From contig JBBQPZ010000011.1 of NCBI GenBank assembly GCA_038216655.1, positions 42,265-106,264 of the forward strand: a DNA stretch of 64,000 nucleotides. The letters are read 5' to 3'. The stretch's first letter is position 1, and each line of letters begins with the position of its first letter. Positions 26,069 to 35,710 of this stretch are shown here, one piece after another. The position numbers were made by a program, and so were the translations under genes. The notes under the pieces are model-generated. The model worked only from the letters and a program-made list of their open reading frames with translations, was not told the DNA's origin and did not search any database. The DNA is from Fimbriimonadales bacterium. GTDB taxonomy: Bacteria; Armatimonadota; Fimbriimonadia; Fimbriimonadales; Fimbriimonadaceae.

Positions 26069-26689
26069 ATGTCAATGCTCACTACTCCGCTCGATTCTAC
26101 CGAGCAAGCTCGATTCGACGAGTTGATGACCGAGACGTACCGGAAGGTCTACAACATGGCCTATCGCCTTGCCGGTAACCGGACGGACGCCGAGGATCTG
26201 ACTCAGGACGCGTACTACCGCGCCTACCGGAGCTTCCGGGAATACGAGGGCGATCGACCGTTTGAGAATTGGATTTTCCGCATCGTGACCCGCCTGTTCC
26301 TTGACCTCCTCCGGAGCCGCCGTCGTCGCATCAAAGCAGTTTCGTACGATACGCCTTTGCAGCGCGATTCCGGCGATGACAATCTTTACTTCGAGATGCC
26401 CGATCGATCGCCGAACCCTGAGCAGGAGCTTATGAGCGGCGCGTTGAGTGAAGATCTGCACCGTGCGCTGGAGAGCCTCTCGCCAGAGCAACGGCTGCTG
26501 ATCACGCTTGCCGACGTCGAGGGTGTGCCTTACAAGGACATCGCCGATATGCTGGACAAGCCGGTGGGCACCATCCGCTCGCGGTTGCACCGAACTCACA
26601 AGCTGATTCGCCATCGACTTGAGCAGATTCGCCGGGAGGGTCGATCTCCGGTTCCCCAACGTCCGGGAAAGCTCGCTCAGCAGACCTGA
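26069..26689 (+). CDS. ECF-type RNA polymerase sigma-70 family factor
   Basis: From ATG 26069 (MSMLTTPLD...). Region 2 is 'AEDLTQDAYYRAYRSFREYEGDRPFENWIFRIVTRLFLDLLR' and region 4 is 'LITLADVEGVPYKDIADMLDKPVGTIRSRLHRTHKLIR'. Confidence 0.9.
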   Translation: MSMLTTPLDSTEQARFDELMTETYRKVYNMAYRLAGNRTDAEDLTQDAYYRAYRSFREYEGDRPFENWIFRIVTRLFLDLLRSRRRRIKAVSYDTPLQRDSGDDNLYFEMPDRSPNPEQELMSGALSEDLHRALESLSPEQRLLITLADVEGVPYKDIADMLDKPVGTIRSRLHRTHKLIRHRLEQIRREGRSPVPQRPGKLAQQT

Positions 26690-26693
26690 CCGA

Positions 26694-27818
26694 CTAGGTC
26701 GAATCTGCCTCGCCGGTAAATCGGCGCAGGGCGATCAGCAGGAATACCGCGGCGAAGCCGAGGAGCGCGGCGCATGAGGGTACCGCGACGTTGAACGACT
26801 GACCACGCCAGGTCATCGCGTCAAAGGCGTCGACCGCGTGCTTGGCGGGGATGAAGTTCGATACGGTCTGGACCCAGGGCGGCATCAGGAACGAGGGGAA
26901 CCAGGCTCCTCCGAGCATGGTCATGAACAGGACTACGAGCACGGCAAGGCCACGGCTCTGCTGCTCGGACTTGCCGAGGGCGGCGACGAACAGCCCGAAA
27001 GTAGCGGCCATGATCGAGGCGCAGACCCAGACTAGGCCGAAGCCGAGCCAGCTTCCGCTGACCTTGACGTGGAAGAAGATCGAGCCGAACCCGAAGACGG
27101 CCGCGACGATCAGCATCGCGCGGATGGTCGAACTGATCGCCCTTCCGAAAACGTGCAGAGACATTGGGGCGGGCGAAGATCGCAGCCGACGCCAGATCCC
27201 TTTGTTGCGCTCACGCATCAAGCCCATCGCGAGTTCGATCGACCAGAAGAGGAGCCCTTGAACGCCCATCCCGGCGAACGCGTGAGCAATGCCGCTCCAC
27301 TGCTGGTTGCCGCCACTGGTTTGGGTGGTCTGCTTGAGTTGGAACGGGAGTTCGATCTCGCCCGTGTCGCCGCCGAGAATGGCCCCCGCGGTGGCTTGGG
27401 TCAATATTCCGCGCACGGCCTGAGCCTGGAGGGATTGGGAAGGATCGACGACGATTTCGAGTTCCGGTTTTCCGCCTCTTGAGGCCATATCACCAAACCC
27501 CTTGGGAACCACGGCGGCGACCCCGTAGGTTCCCGATTTCACTGAGTTGCGCGCGTCGGCGTCGGTGGTCTCATGAAAGGCGAGCGCCTTCGATTTCTGG
27601 AGGTTTGTTCGAAGCTTCGCGGAGGTATCCGAATGGTCGTTGTCGACAAAAAGGAGCGGAATCGGCTTGGGCTTCTCGACGATCCCCATGTTCTCGCTCA
27701 GCGTCCCCATGAAGGACGCAATGGCGATAGGGACGAAGAAGGAGAGGATCAGGGCCCGGCGGTCGGCGGCGAAAATCCGCAGGTCCTTGAGCACGATTTG
27801 GAGCAGAGTTCGTAGCAT
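26694..27818 (-). CDS. ABC-2 type transporter permease
   Basis: 374 aa. An N-terminal TM is followed by a large extracytoplasmic loop and then 5 TM helices. It lies immediately downstream (2-nt gap) of the ATPase gene. Confidence 0.8.
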   Translation of the reverse strand: MLRTLLQIVLKDLRIFAADRRALILSFFVPIAIASFMGTLSENMGIVEKPKPIPLLFVDNDHSDTSAKLRTNLQKSKALAFHETTDADARNSVKSGTYGVAAVVPKGFGDMASRGGKPELEIVVDPSQSLQAQAVRGILTQATAGAILGGDTGEIELPFQLKQTTQTSGGNQQWSGIAHAFAGMGVQGLLFWSIELAMGLMRERNKGIWRRLRSSPAPMSLHVFGRAISSTIRAMLIVAAVFGFGSIFFHVKVSGSWLGFGLVWVCASIMAATFGLFVAALGKSEQQSRGLAVLVVLFMTMLGGAWFPSFLMPPWVQTVSNFIPAKHAVDAFDAMTWRGQSFNVAVPSCAALLGFAAVFLLIALRRFTGEADST

Positions 27819-27820
27819 CG

Positions 27821-28702
27821 TCAGTCCCTCAGGCTCCTTCCGGTGAGATGGAGGAAGATCTCTTCGAGCGAGGCCCGTTGGGAGTTGATCGAGGTGTAGC
27901 GGATGCCGGCGGCGTCCAGCCTGGCGAGGATGGCGGGGAGGTTCTTCTGCACTTCGGGCAGATCGATGTGGATTTTCCGACCTTCGTAAATGACTCCTTC
28001 GAGTTCAGGGGTCGGTGACTCGGGGTCGAGTTCGAGGGTCACCCGCTCTCGCTCGGGCATGAGGCGGTTCAGGTTCTCGATGCGATCATTGGCGATGATG
28101 ACGCCGTGATCCATGACCGCGACCCTATCGCAAAGGCGTTCGACTTCGTTCATGTAGTGCGTCGTGTAGAGCAGGGAGACGCCTTCGCCGCGGAGCTTCT
28201 CAAGGGTATCGAAGATCGCGTTACGGCTTTGAGGGTCGACACCGACGGTGGGTTCATCGAGCACGAGGATGTCGGGGGAGTGGATGAGGCCCACCGCGAT
28301 GTTAAGGCGGCGCTTCATACCTCCGGAGAAGTTCTTGACGGGTTCATCGGCGCGATCGGCGAGGCCGACGAGTTCGAGGACACCGTCGGGGGCGGCAGGT
28401 TTGTCATAGAGCGCGGCGAAGAACTGGAGGTTCGATCGGGCGCTGATCTCCTCGTAGAGGGCGAGGTCTTGGGGGACGAAGCCGAGGCGCTGCTTGGCGT
28501 CCATTCCGATCGGCTTACCGTCGAGTTCGACGGTGCCTTTGTCGGGGGTGAGCGCGCCGACGATCATCGAGATCGTGGTGGTCTTGCCCGCGCCGTTGGG
28601 TCCGAGCAAGCCGAAGGCGCAGCCGCGGTCGATCTCGAACGAGACGTCCTTGACTGCCTCGGTTTTCCCGAACCGCTTGAATAGCCCGCTGACCTTGAGC
28701 AC
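27821..28702 (-). CDS. ABC transporter ATP-binding protein
   Basis: Walker A '[12 protein letters not shown]', signature 'FSGGMKRRL', Walker B '[12 protein letters not shown]'. Confidence 0.93.
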   Translation of the reverse strand: MLKVSGLFKRFGKTEAVKDVSFEIDRGCAFGLLGPNGAGKTTTISMIVGALTPDKGTVELDGKPIGMDAKQRLGFVPQDLALYEEISARSNLQFFAALYDKPAAPDGVLELVGLADRADEPVKNFSGGMKRRLNIAVGLIHSPDILVLDEPTVGVDPQSRNAIFDTLEKLRGEGVSLLYTTHYMNEVERLCDRVAVMDHGVIIANDRIENLNRLMPERERVTLELDPESPTPELEGVIYEGRKIHIDLPEVQKNLPAILARLDAAGIRYTSINSQRASLEEIFLHLTGRSLRD

Positions 28703-28778
28703 GAGGGATAAGTTAGCATCATTCGCGTTCGGGCGTCAGGTCCTTTGGTTCTTTCTGAGTAAGGGGGGAAGGCGTAGG

Positions 28779-28947
28779 GGGGTGGCACGGTCTGCTCGGG
28801 CCGGCCATCGTTCCAATTGCCGGAGAACTGAGCGGCCCGACAGGCCGTGAGAGACTCACTACAAGTCACGGTCTGTCGCGTGGCGACAATCTGTTGCATG
28901 AGAATTAGCAGAGCACCCGAGCAGACTGTGCCACCCCGTCTCCACGC
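28779..28947. repeat. 22-nt inverted repeat (one mismatch) enclosing a 125-nt hairpin-rich spacer, between cvfB and the ABC operon
   Basis: GGGGTGGCACGGTCTGCTCGGG (28779-28800) pairs with CCCGAGCAGACTGTGCCACCCC (28926-28947). The single mismatch is G:U on a plus-strand RNA and C:A on the minus strand. Confidence 0.7.
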
Positions 28948-28979
28948 GATGTCGCTGGGTCCTGCTTGGAGTGACAAGC

Positions 28980-29813
28980 TCACGCATCCGGCCTGAGTCG
29001 GATGCCGTAGGGATCGGTTTCGATCTTGCCTTCCTTGAGAAGGTGGCCGACAATTCGCTTGAACGTTGACTTGCTTACACCGAGTTGGCGTTGGATTTGA
29101 TCTGGGTCAGAGCGGTCGTGGAGGCCGAGGAAGCCGCCTTCCCGTTTGATGCGCGCCAGGAGTTGATCGGCTTCGCTGAGCTCGGCGGCCCGACCGATGG
29201 GGCGAAGGGCGAGGAGGAGGCTCTCCTCGTTCGACGACTTCACGTAAGCGTCTACGGTCTGGCCGACGCGGACGGGTCGAGTCTCCTCGTCCTCGAGCAC
29301 GACCGCGGAGTATCGGCCATCGGCGATGCCGGAGACGGCGTGGGGTTTGAGCTCGGAGACGAGGAACGAGACCTTCTGACCGGCGCGGACATCGGTGCCC
29401 ACGGGGACGAGGAACTTCCGCAGCTTGGCACTGGCGACCGGCCGATTGGAGGCCGGGTCGAGGAGCACGCGAACCACGTAGACCTGGTCCTCGCGCATCG
29501 GGTTGAGCTGCTCTCGGAATGGCACGAGCAGGTCCTTTTCTAGTCCCCAATCGAGGAAGGCACCGACCTGGTTGACGGCGACGCACCGCAGAGAGGCAAA
29601 GGTGTCGATCTCTGCCTTCGGGAAGATCGTGGTCGCGACGGGGCGGTCTTCGGAGTCGAGGTAGACGAAGACCTTGAGCGACTCGCCGAGGTCGGCCCCG
29701 CGGGGCAGATACTTGTTCGGCAGGAGGACGTCGTCGCGTCCGTCGGTGAGATAGCCTCCGACGGACGTGATGCGGGCGAGCGTCAGCTCCTGGATTCTGC
29801 CGATCTGCAACAT
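28980..29813 (-). CDS. cvfB: CvfB/YitL family S1-domain RNA-binding protein
   Basis: 277 aa. Repeated S1-like modules ('ARITSVGGYLTDG...VLLP', 'VAVNQVGAFLDWGLEKDLLVP') are followed by a C-terminal wHTH ('LGVSKSTFKRIVGHLLKEGKI'). Confidence 0.85.
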   Translation of the reverse strand: MLQIGRIQELTLARITSVGGYLTDGRDDVLLPNKYLPRGADLGESLKVFVYLDSEDRPVATTIFPKAEIDTFASLRCVAVNQVGAFLDWGLEKDLLVPFREQLNPMREDQVYVVRVLLDPASNRPVASAKLRKFLVPVGTDVRAGQKVSFLVSELKPHAVSGIADGRYSAVVLEDEETRPVRVGQTVDAYVKSSNEESLLLALRPIGRAAELSEADQLLARIKREGGFLGLHDRSDPDQIQRQLGVSKSTFKRIVGHLLKEGKIETDPYGIRLRPDA

Positions 29814-29914
29814 AGGGGAAGGCTCATTATGGCCCTCCTGTGCGTAAGGGGGTAAGGCGGAAGGAGGTAAGGAGGGCCGGTCACGTCAGCGCTCGACCCC
29901 GCCATGTTTCGTAC

Positions 29915-30595
29915 TTACCCGCCGTCCCTCATGCCGACGCCTCGAACGGGGCGACGTGGGGGAGGGCACGTGCTGTGGCCGACCTTTTCGGCGTACTGCT
30001 GGTGGTAATCCTCCGCCGGGTAGAAGGTCGAGGCCGGCTTGATTCGGGTCGAGATCGCCGAATGCAGCGTCTTTTGCTCTGCCTTGGCGGTGGCCTCGGC
30101 CGCGGCCTTCTGCTCGGGGGAGAGATAGAAGATCGCCGAGCGGTACTGCTCTCCGATATCGGGCCCCTGTTGGTTCAGGGTCGTCGGGTCGTGGCTCGCC
30201 CAGAAGACTTCGAGCAGTTGGTTGTAGGTCACAACTTTCGGATCGAACTCGACGAGGACGGCTTCCGCGTGATGCGTGGTCCCCGAGCAGACCATTTCGT
30301 AGGTCGGGTTGGGCGTCGTCCCGCCACTGTAGCCGACGGCGGTCGCCACGACTCCCTTTACCTTGCGGAAGGTTCCTTCCGAACCCCAGAAGCACCCCAT
30401 CGCAAACATCGCGAGCTGGTCACCCTTCTTGGGGATAAGCGTGCCTTGGTAAGCCGCGGTGAGGACCCCACCCGGATGCGTTCCGACGCCGGTCGGCTTC
30501 AAGGAACCGGAACTGGCCAGCGGCATTTCTGAACAGCCGAGTACTGCGAGCGAACCCGCGACAGCGAGTGAGGTGATCCATCCAAGTAGCTTCAT
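29915..30595 (-). CDS. msrA: Peptide-methionine (S)-S-oxide reductase MsrA, exported or lipoprotein form
   Basis: '[31 protein letters not shown]' (GCFWG active site) and 'AEDYHQQY'. The N-terminal '[13 protein letters not shown]' is lipobox-like. Confidence 0.93.
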   Translation of the reverse strand: MKLLGWITSLAVAGSLAVLGCSEMPLASSGSLKPTGVGTHPGGVLTAAYQGTLIPKKGDQLAMFAMGCFWGSEGTFRKVKGVVATAVGYSGGTTPNPTYEMVCSGTTHHAEAVLVEFDPKVVTYNQLLEVFWASHDPTTLNQQGPDIGEQYRSAIFYLSPEQKAAAEATAKAEQKTLHSAISTRIKPASTFYPAEDYHQQYAEKVGHSTCPPPRRPVRGVGMRDGG

Positions 30596-30685
30596 GTTTG
30601 TCTCTACTTATCGTAAGCCGAGATGGTCGGCAAGGGTTCCAAAGAATTCTTGTAACGTGTGTGCGTACGATGCGTCCTTAGAGAT

Positions 30686-31003
30686 ATGAAGACGTGGCTC
30701 GGGATTTTCTTTGGATTCATGGTCTGGACCCATGCGATTGGCCAGGAAACCCCTCCTCCGCAGAGGAAAATGCCGATTCGCATCGCGGTGCGCCATGCCG
30801 ATCCTTACATGATCAAGGCTCTGCTTGAAGGTCGATCCGTTTCCGCGCCGGAGATCAGCACAATCATGGGAATGATGGGGATGAACGGCGGAGCCTCGCA
30901 GAGCGCCCAGCAGGGGTTGGATCAGGCGAATGCGATCTTCAAGGACGGGTTCTTCATCGTGAACCCGACGGACAACAGTCTTTGGTTTTATTGGAAGAAA
31001 TAG
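30686..31003 (+). CDS. Small secreted hypothetical protein
   Basis: ATG 30686. Signal peptide MKTWLGIFFGFMVWTHAIG. The 'IRIAVRHADPYMIKALLEG' segment loosely resembles secretin-N/NolW-type modules (weak). Confidence 0.5.
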   Translation: MKTWLGIFFGFMVWTHAIGQETPPPQRKMPIRIAVRHADPYMIKALLEGRSVSAPEISTIMGMMGMNGGASQSAQQGLDQANAIFKDGFFIVNPTDNSLWFYWKK

Positions 31004-31028
31004 CGTTCCTCGCGTAGCAATGAGCTAA

Positions 31029-31066
31029 AAAGGAAGTCGAGCCATGGCCGACTTCCTTTCTTTATG
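31029..31066 (+). terminator. Terminator-like 11-bp hairpin whose loop contains the fucI ATG
   Basis: AAAGGAAGTCG (31029-31039) pairs with CGACTTCCTTT (31049-31059). The loop AGCCATGGC holds ATG 31044. It is followed by CTTTAT. Confidence 0.45.
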
Positions 31067-32831
31067 CCCGCCCGTCAACCGCCTCGGCGGTGACCTTCCC
31101 AAACTCGGCATCCGCCCCGTCGTCGACGGGCGCTACGGAGGCGTTCGCGAGTCGCTGGAACCGGTCTGCATGGCGATGGCGGATGCGGTGGTCCGACTCG
31201 TTTCCTCTCGTCTGAAACATGCCTGCGGGTTGCCGGTGGAATGCGTGGTGGCGGACTCCCCGATCGGCGGATATGCCGAAGCGGCGGCGTGCCGCGAGAA
31301 GTTCCGGCGGGAGGGCGTTGGGGTCTCGCTCACGGTTACCCCGTGCTGGTGCTACGGGATGGAGACGATGGACGACGATCCGCTCCTGCCGAAGGCGATC
31401 TGGGGTTTCAACGGCTCCGACCGACCGGGGGCGGTGTATCTGGCGGCGACGCTGTCGGGTTATGGGCAGATGGGTTTGCCGTGCTTTGGGATCTACGGCG
31501 AGGACGTTCGGGATTTGGGCGACTCGGCCATCCCGCCGGACGTCGAGGAGAAGCTGCTGCGCTTTGTTCGGGCGGGCTTGGCCGCAGCGGAGATGAAGGG
31601 GAAGGCGTATCTCGCGATGGGCGGAATCAGCATGGGGATCGCGGGCTCGGCGGTGGACCGAGGGTTCTTTGAGCGCTGGCTCGGGATGCGAGTCGAGGCG
31701 ATCGACATGTCCGAGTTCACCGGCCGGATGCGGGACGGGATTTATGACCCGGTCGAGTTCGAGAAGGCTTATGCATGGACCCGGGGGAACTGTCCGGAAG
31801 GGAAGGATTGGAATGCACTTCCTAAGCAGCGGACGCGGGCGCAGAAGGACGAGGACTGGGCGACGAGCGTGAAGATGGCGCTGATCGCACGCGACCTGAT
31901 GATCGGCAATCCGCGGTTGGCGGAGCTTGGGTTCGTGGAGCAGTCAAAGGGGCATCATGCGATCGCGGGGGGATTCCAGGGTCAGCGGCAGTGGACGGAT
32001 TACTTCCCGAACGGCGACTTCATGGAAGCGATCCTCGATACAAGTTTTGACTGGAACGGGATTCGGCAACCGTTCGTGGTCGCGACCGAGAATGACTCGC
32101 TGAATGGAGCCTCGATGCTGCTGGGGCATCTTCTGACGGGGACGGCCCAGATGTTCTCCGACGTGCGGACCTATTGGAGTCCAGCGGCGGTGAAGCGGGT
32201 GACCGGTTACGAGACGGAGGGCTTCCTGCATTTGATCAACTCCGGACCTTCACCTTTGGACTTCGCGGGTGAGATGGGGAAGGAAGGGATCAAGCCCTGG
32301 TGGTCGATTACTTCGGATGATGCGGCCGCATGTATGAAGGCGACCCTGTGGGGTCCGAGCGATCTGGGTTACTTCCCAGGGGGAGGTTGGTCGACCGACT
32401 TCACGACCCGCGGTGAGTTGCCGTTGACGATGTACCGGATCAACCTGGTTCATGGTCTCGGTCCCGTGTTGCAGATCGCGGAGGGTTGGTCGGTGTCGTT
32501 GCCGAACGAGGTTCACGACGTGCTTGACGCACGGACGAATCCGACGTGGCCGACGACTTGGTTCCGTCCGAGGTGCAACGGCGTGGGTCCGTTCCGCGAT
32601 TCCCTGTCGGTAATGAGCCACTGGGGGGCGAATCATGGCGCGGTGAGCATTGGGCACATCGGCGCGGACCTGATTACGTTGGCGTCGATGCTGCGGATTC
32701 CCGTCGATATGCATAATGTCGATGACGAGAACGTGTACCGGCCAGCGGTTTGGCAGCGGTTCGGGGGACACGATTTACAGGGTGCGGACTACCGGGCGTG
32801 TACAACTTTCGGCCCGCTTTACGGGAAGTGA
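31044..32831 (+). CDS. fucI: L-fucose isomerase
   Basis: 595 aa. '[22 protein letters not shown]...[32 protein letters not shown]...[13 protein letters not shown]' is collinear by eye with E. coli FucI. Confidence 0.93.
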   Translation: MADFLSLCPPVNRLGGDLPKLGIRPVVDGRYGGVRESLEPVCMAMADAVVRLVSSRLKHACGLPVECVVADSPIGGYAEAAACREKFRREGVGVSLTVTPCWCYGMETMDDDPLLPKAIWGFNGSDRPGAVYLAATLSGYGQMGLPCFGIYGEDVRDLGDSAIPPDVEEKLLRFVRAGLAAAEMKGKAYLAMGGISMGIAGSAVDRGFFERWLGMRVEAIDMSEFTGRMRDGIYDPVEFEKAYAWTRGNCPEGKDWNALPKQRTRAQKDEDWATSVKMALIARDLMIGNPRLAELGFVEQSKGHHAIAGGFQGQRQWTDYFPNGDFMEAILDTSFDWNGIRQPFVVATENDSLNGASMLLGHLLTGTAQMFSDVRTYWSPAAVKRVTGYETEGFLHLINSGPSPLDFAGEMGKEGIKPWWSITSDDAAACMKATLWGPSDLGYFPGGGWSTDFTTRGELPLTMYRINLVHGLGPVLQIAEGWSVSLPNEVHDVLDARTNPTWPTTWFRPRCNGVGPFRDSLSVMSHWGANHGAVSIGHIGADLITLASMLRIPVDMHNVDDENVYRPAVWQRFGGHDLQGADYRACTTFGPLYGK

Positions 32832-33556
32832 TTTCGGCGCTCGCTTTCGCGATTCTGGCGGGTCCGCCGGAGATTCGTCGAGAGCTGCCCGCTCGCACGC
32901 TTGTACTTACGTTCCATGACATCATCGAGCGCCGGGACGCGAAGGCGCTCTGGTTCGATTGCACGTCAAAGGAGTTCATCGACGAGATCGATTGGCTGGA
33001 GGCGGAAGGTGCGCATTTCATTACGTTACGGCAACTGTACTTGCATCTAACCACCGGTTCGGCTCTGCCTTCCAACCCGGTGGCGATCACCTTTGCCGAC
33101 AACTATTTGGGGTTCTACAATCGTGCGGTGCCGATTCTGATTGGGCATCAAATTCCGGTGACGATGTTCGTGCACACCGGGTTTGTGGGCAGCAAGGTGG
33201 GTCGTCCCAAAATGTCGTGGACTCAGCTAAAAGAGCTTTCGAAGATCGAGCTGTTCGATATCGAGTCGCAGACGGTGACCCACCGAAGTGTGACGGGCTT
33301 GGACGATGCGGCGATCTTGAAGGAGTTCAGGGACTCCCGCGCTGCGTTGACGAAGCAACTCGGTAAGCCGGTGGAATTCATCGCTTATCCGAACGGCTCG
33401 ATGGACGAGCGCACTGCGAAGCTGGCGAGAAGGGCCGGATATGTGATGGGATTCTCGGAAAAGTTGATGCCGGCAGAGCGATCCCCCAGCATTTTTGCGG
33501 TGGCTCGCTACGTGCACACGAAATACCGCCAGGGTTGGCGTGACGCGCATCGGTAA
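32828..33556 (+). CDS. Polysaccharide deacetylase (NodB/CE4-like) family protein
   Basis: GTG 32828 overlaps the fucI TGA (GTGA) and is followed by a hydrophobic N-terminus [12 protein letters not shown]. It has 'LVLTFHDI', 'ITFADNY' and 'FIAYPNGS'. Confidence 0.7.
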   Translation: MISALAFAILAGPPEIRRELPARTLVLTFHDIIERRDAKALWFDCTSKEFIDEIDWLEAEGAHFITLRQLYLHLTTGSALPSNPVAITFADNYLGFYNRAVPILIGHQIPVTMFVHTGFVGSKVGRPKMSWTQLKELSKIELFDIESQTVTHRSVTGLDDAAILKEFRDSRAALTKQLGKPVEFIAYPNGSMDERTAKLARRAGYVMGFSEKLMPAERSPSIFAVARYVHTKYRQGWRDAHR

Positions 33557-33565
33557 TCTGGGCGC

Positions 33566-34315
33566 ATGTTGCGATACGACGAGGCTTTCCCGGCGGAACT
33601 GGAGTCGGCGATCGATCGGGGCGCTCCTGCCGTGGTGGCGTGGGGGGCGTTGGAGTGGCACGGATGCCATTTGCCGCTCGGACTCGACGGGATCGTTGCC
33701 GATTGGTTTGCCCGTCACCTCGCCGAACGGTTGAACGGGGTGTTACTGCCGTCGGTTTGGCTCCCGATGACGACTTTGCCTCATCGGGTGAGTCTACAGG
33801 TTTCGACGGAGACTTTTCGGGCGATTGTTGACGACTTGCTGGGGAGCTTGGCGGGTGCAGGATTCCGTCAGGTTTGTCTGGTAACAGGGCATTACGCGCA
33901 GGGGCATTTGTGGGAGTTGTTCGAGGCGGCCGATCGGGCATCGATCTCCGTGCTGGCGGGCACGCCTTTGCAGCCGCTGCAACAAGACGAATTGCTCGAC
34001 CATGCCGGACGTTACGAGGCGTCGCAGTTGGCGGCGATTCGGCCTGATCTGGTGCGTCTTGGTGGATTGCCCACGGACTTGATCGTGCGCGAACACGCGG
34101 TGCTCGGGCGGCATCCCTCGGAGTCGAATGTGGCCGAGGGTGAGCGGTTGCTGCACGAGGGGCTGGAGGCTTGGGTTGGCTGGTCTGCCTCCGCGACGAA
34201 GGAGAACCTGGCCATTACCTACGCTCGGGCGAAGGAAGGGCTCGGCGAGTATCGGGAGAAGTTCTACCGAGACTCGTGGGAGCAGGCGATCGCGGATTGG
34301 TGGGATTCCAAGTAG
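33566..34315 (+). CDS. Creatininase (creatinine amidohydrolase / MftE-like) family protein
   Basis: 249 aa. 'VVAWGALEWHGCHLPLGLDGIVA' and 'VTGHYAQGH' fit the family metal-binding pattern. Confidence 0.7.
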   Translation: MLRYDEAFPAELESAIDRGAPAVVAWGALEWHGCHLPLGLDGIVADWFARHLAERLNGVLLPSVWLPMTTLPHRVSLQVSTETFRAIVDDLLGSLAGAGFRQVCLVTGHYAQGHLWELFEAADRASISVLAGTPLQPLQQDELLDHAGRYEASQLAAIRPDLVRLGGLPTDLIVREHAVLGRHPSESNVAEGERLLHEGLEAWVGWSASATKENLAITYARAKEGLGEYREKFYRDSWEQAIADWWDSK

Positions 34316-34358
34316 TTTCTTAGTGGTAGTGGTAGTGGCAGTGCGGAGTCAGGAACTT

Positions 34359-34542
34359 GTCATTCCGAGCGAGCCCTAGCGACATTGAGGAATCTGACTG
34401 TCAGCATTTCTTGCTCCTAGCCTATGACTACAGTTTTCCTGCGAGACAGTCAGGAGTCGATGACAGGCAGGTTCCTCCACTGCGCCGCATCCGATCCTGA
34501 TCCTGTCTTACCGATGCCGTGGGCGGCTCCGGTCGGAATGAC
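34359..34542. repeat. Repeat family B-related element (GTCATTCCGAGCGAGCCCTAGCGACAT ... GGTCGGAATGAC)
   Basis: It shares its first ~38 nt with 25621 and terminates in the inverted motif GTCGGAATGAC. It is preceded by (TAGTGG)n at 34321-34342. Confidence 0.75.
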
Positions 34543-34581
34543 AAGCCTCACAAACACTTCACTCTGACAGCGCGAAGCGCC

Positions 34582-34986
34582 TTATTCGATCTCGAGGGAG
34601 CGGAAGCGTTTTTCCGTGGTGTCCATCCCTTCGGTCAGGGTGCCGTAGGCCCAGTGGATCTGCTTCTGGATCTCGGCCGCCTTGATCGCTTCGACCGAGC
34701 CAATGGGGAAGTTCTTGGGATCGCTTCGCTTATTGAGCCTCTCGAACGCTTTGCGGATATCGGCGAAGGTCGCGCTCGGGGCGAGGCCGAGGATGGATTG
34801 AGCGCGTTCCTTCATGGTGGGGGGCGGAGTCGAACTGGTGGTCGGGCTGGACGTGGGGAGAGGAGTCGAGGCCATCGCCTCGTCGAGTTCGCGTTGGGCA
34901 TCGCTGCCCTCGCTTCCTGAGATGCGATCCCACTCGCGGTTCACGTAGCCCCGCATCAAATCATAGGCGCGTCGCGCGGTTCCCAT
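34582..34986 (-). CDS. J-domain-like protein lacking the HPD tripeptide
   Basis: 134 aa. 'AQSILGLAPSATFADIRKAFERLNKRSDPKNFP' follows the J-domain helix II/III pattern with SDP in place of HPD. A Pro/Ser/Thr linker precedes it. Confidence 0.5.
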   Translation of the reverse strand: MGTARRAYDLMRGYVNREWDRISGSEGSDAQRELDEAMASTPLPTSSPTTSSTPPPTMKERAQSILGLAPSATFADIRKAFERLNKRSDPKNFPIGSVEAIKAAEIQKQIHWAYGTLTEGMDTTEKRFRSLEIE

Positions 34987-35058
34987 TCGCCATAAGTTAC
35001 CTTGGCCGAAGGGTCGGCCTAGGCCCGTTTGTGAAAGCGACAGTGATCAGAAAGAAAC

Positions 35059-35089
35059 TTGTCCAGATCGCGAAAAGCGGACGTAGAAT
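35059..35089 (+). promoter_or_regulatory. Possible sigma-70-type promoter (TTGTCC-N19-TAGAAT)
   Basis: TTGTCC at 35059-35064 and TAGAAT at 35084-35089. The 19-nt spacer is long. This is the only promoter-like hexamer pair upstream of the 35204 terminator. Confidence 0.25.
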
Positions 35090-35203
35090 AGATTATATGG
35101 AAGGTAAGCCACCGAATCAATTCTAGCGGCGGGACAACTTTCAGGTTCCCCGTCGCATCGACCGGAACCTCCGCTAGCCCAGGCAACCGGGTCGGGCGGA
35201 ATC

Positions 35204-35245
35204 AGAGCCCTTTCGAGAAAATCTCGGGAGGGCTCTTCATTTTCT
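35204..35245 (+). terminator. Strong plus-strand intrinsic terminator 17 nt upstream of the 35262 ORF
   Basis: AGAGCCCTTTCGAG-AAAAT-CTCGGGAGGGCTCT forms a 14-bp stem including two G:U pairs that exist only on the plus-strand RNA. It is followed by TCATTTTCT. Confidence 0.65.
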
Positions 35246-35261
35246 GAGGCAGACTATAGCC

Positions 35262-35531
35262 ATGCAGGACGTGCCGGGACTGTGGATCATTGCGAGCCTG
35301 TTCGGGGCGGTTGGAACCGCAATGCAGGTTCGCTGGGTGCTCACGCGTACCGAAGTGCCGCAAGCGCGGACCCGCGGGATGATCAAGGCGGCGATCGTTG
35401 AAGCCGTCGGGATGGTCGTCCTCTTCCTGTCCGCCCGCGGCCAGCCGCTCATTTACGGCGTGGGAATCATTGTGGGACTTGGCGGGATGGTTGGGTTCGT
35501 GGCGTCGCGCGCTCTTCGCCCGCCGCTCTAG
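35262..35531 (+). CDS. Small integral membrane protein (89 aa, about 3 TM)
   Basis: MQDVPGLWIIASLFGAVGTAMQV...AAIVEAVGMVVLFLSA...IYGVGIIVGLGGMVGFVAS. I recognise no family. Confidence 0.55.
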   Translation: MQDVPGLWIIASLFGAVGTAMQVRWVLTRTEVPQARTRGMIKAAIVEAVGMVVLFLSARGQPLIYGVGIIVGLGGMVGFVASRALRPPL

Positions 35532-35539
35532 ATCGGGAT

Positions 35540-35655
35540 GTCATCCCGAAGGATGTTTGTGCCGAGGGATCCGACCGTAGTCGCTGAGTGTTGGTACAAA
35601 CAGTCGGCATTTCCTGTCAGGTTCCTCGATGTCGCTAGGGCTCGCTCGGAATGAC
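35540..35655. repeat. Repeat family B unit, inverse orientation relative to 25621-25737
   Basis: GTCATCCCGAAGGATGTTTGTGCCGAGGGATC...ATGTCGCTAGGGCTCGCTCGGAATGAC aligns end to end with the reverse complement of 25621-25737. Confidence 0.85.
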
Positions 35656-35710
35656 AATTCCAAACTTGGTCCCGAACCTCCGAACCCCGAACCAACCCAA
35701 ACGCGAAGCC

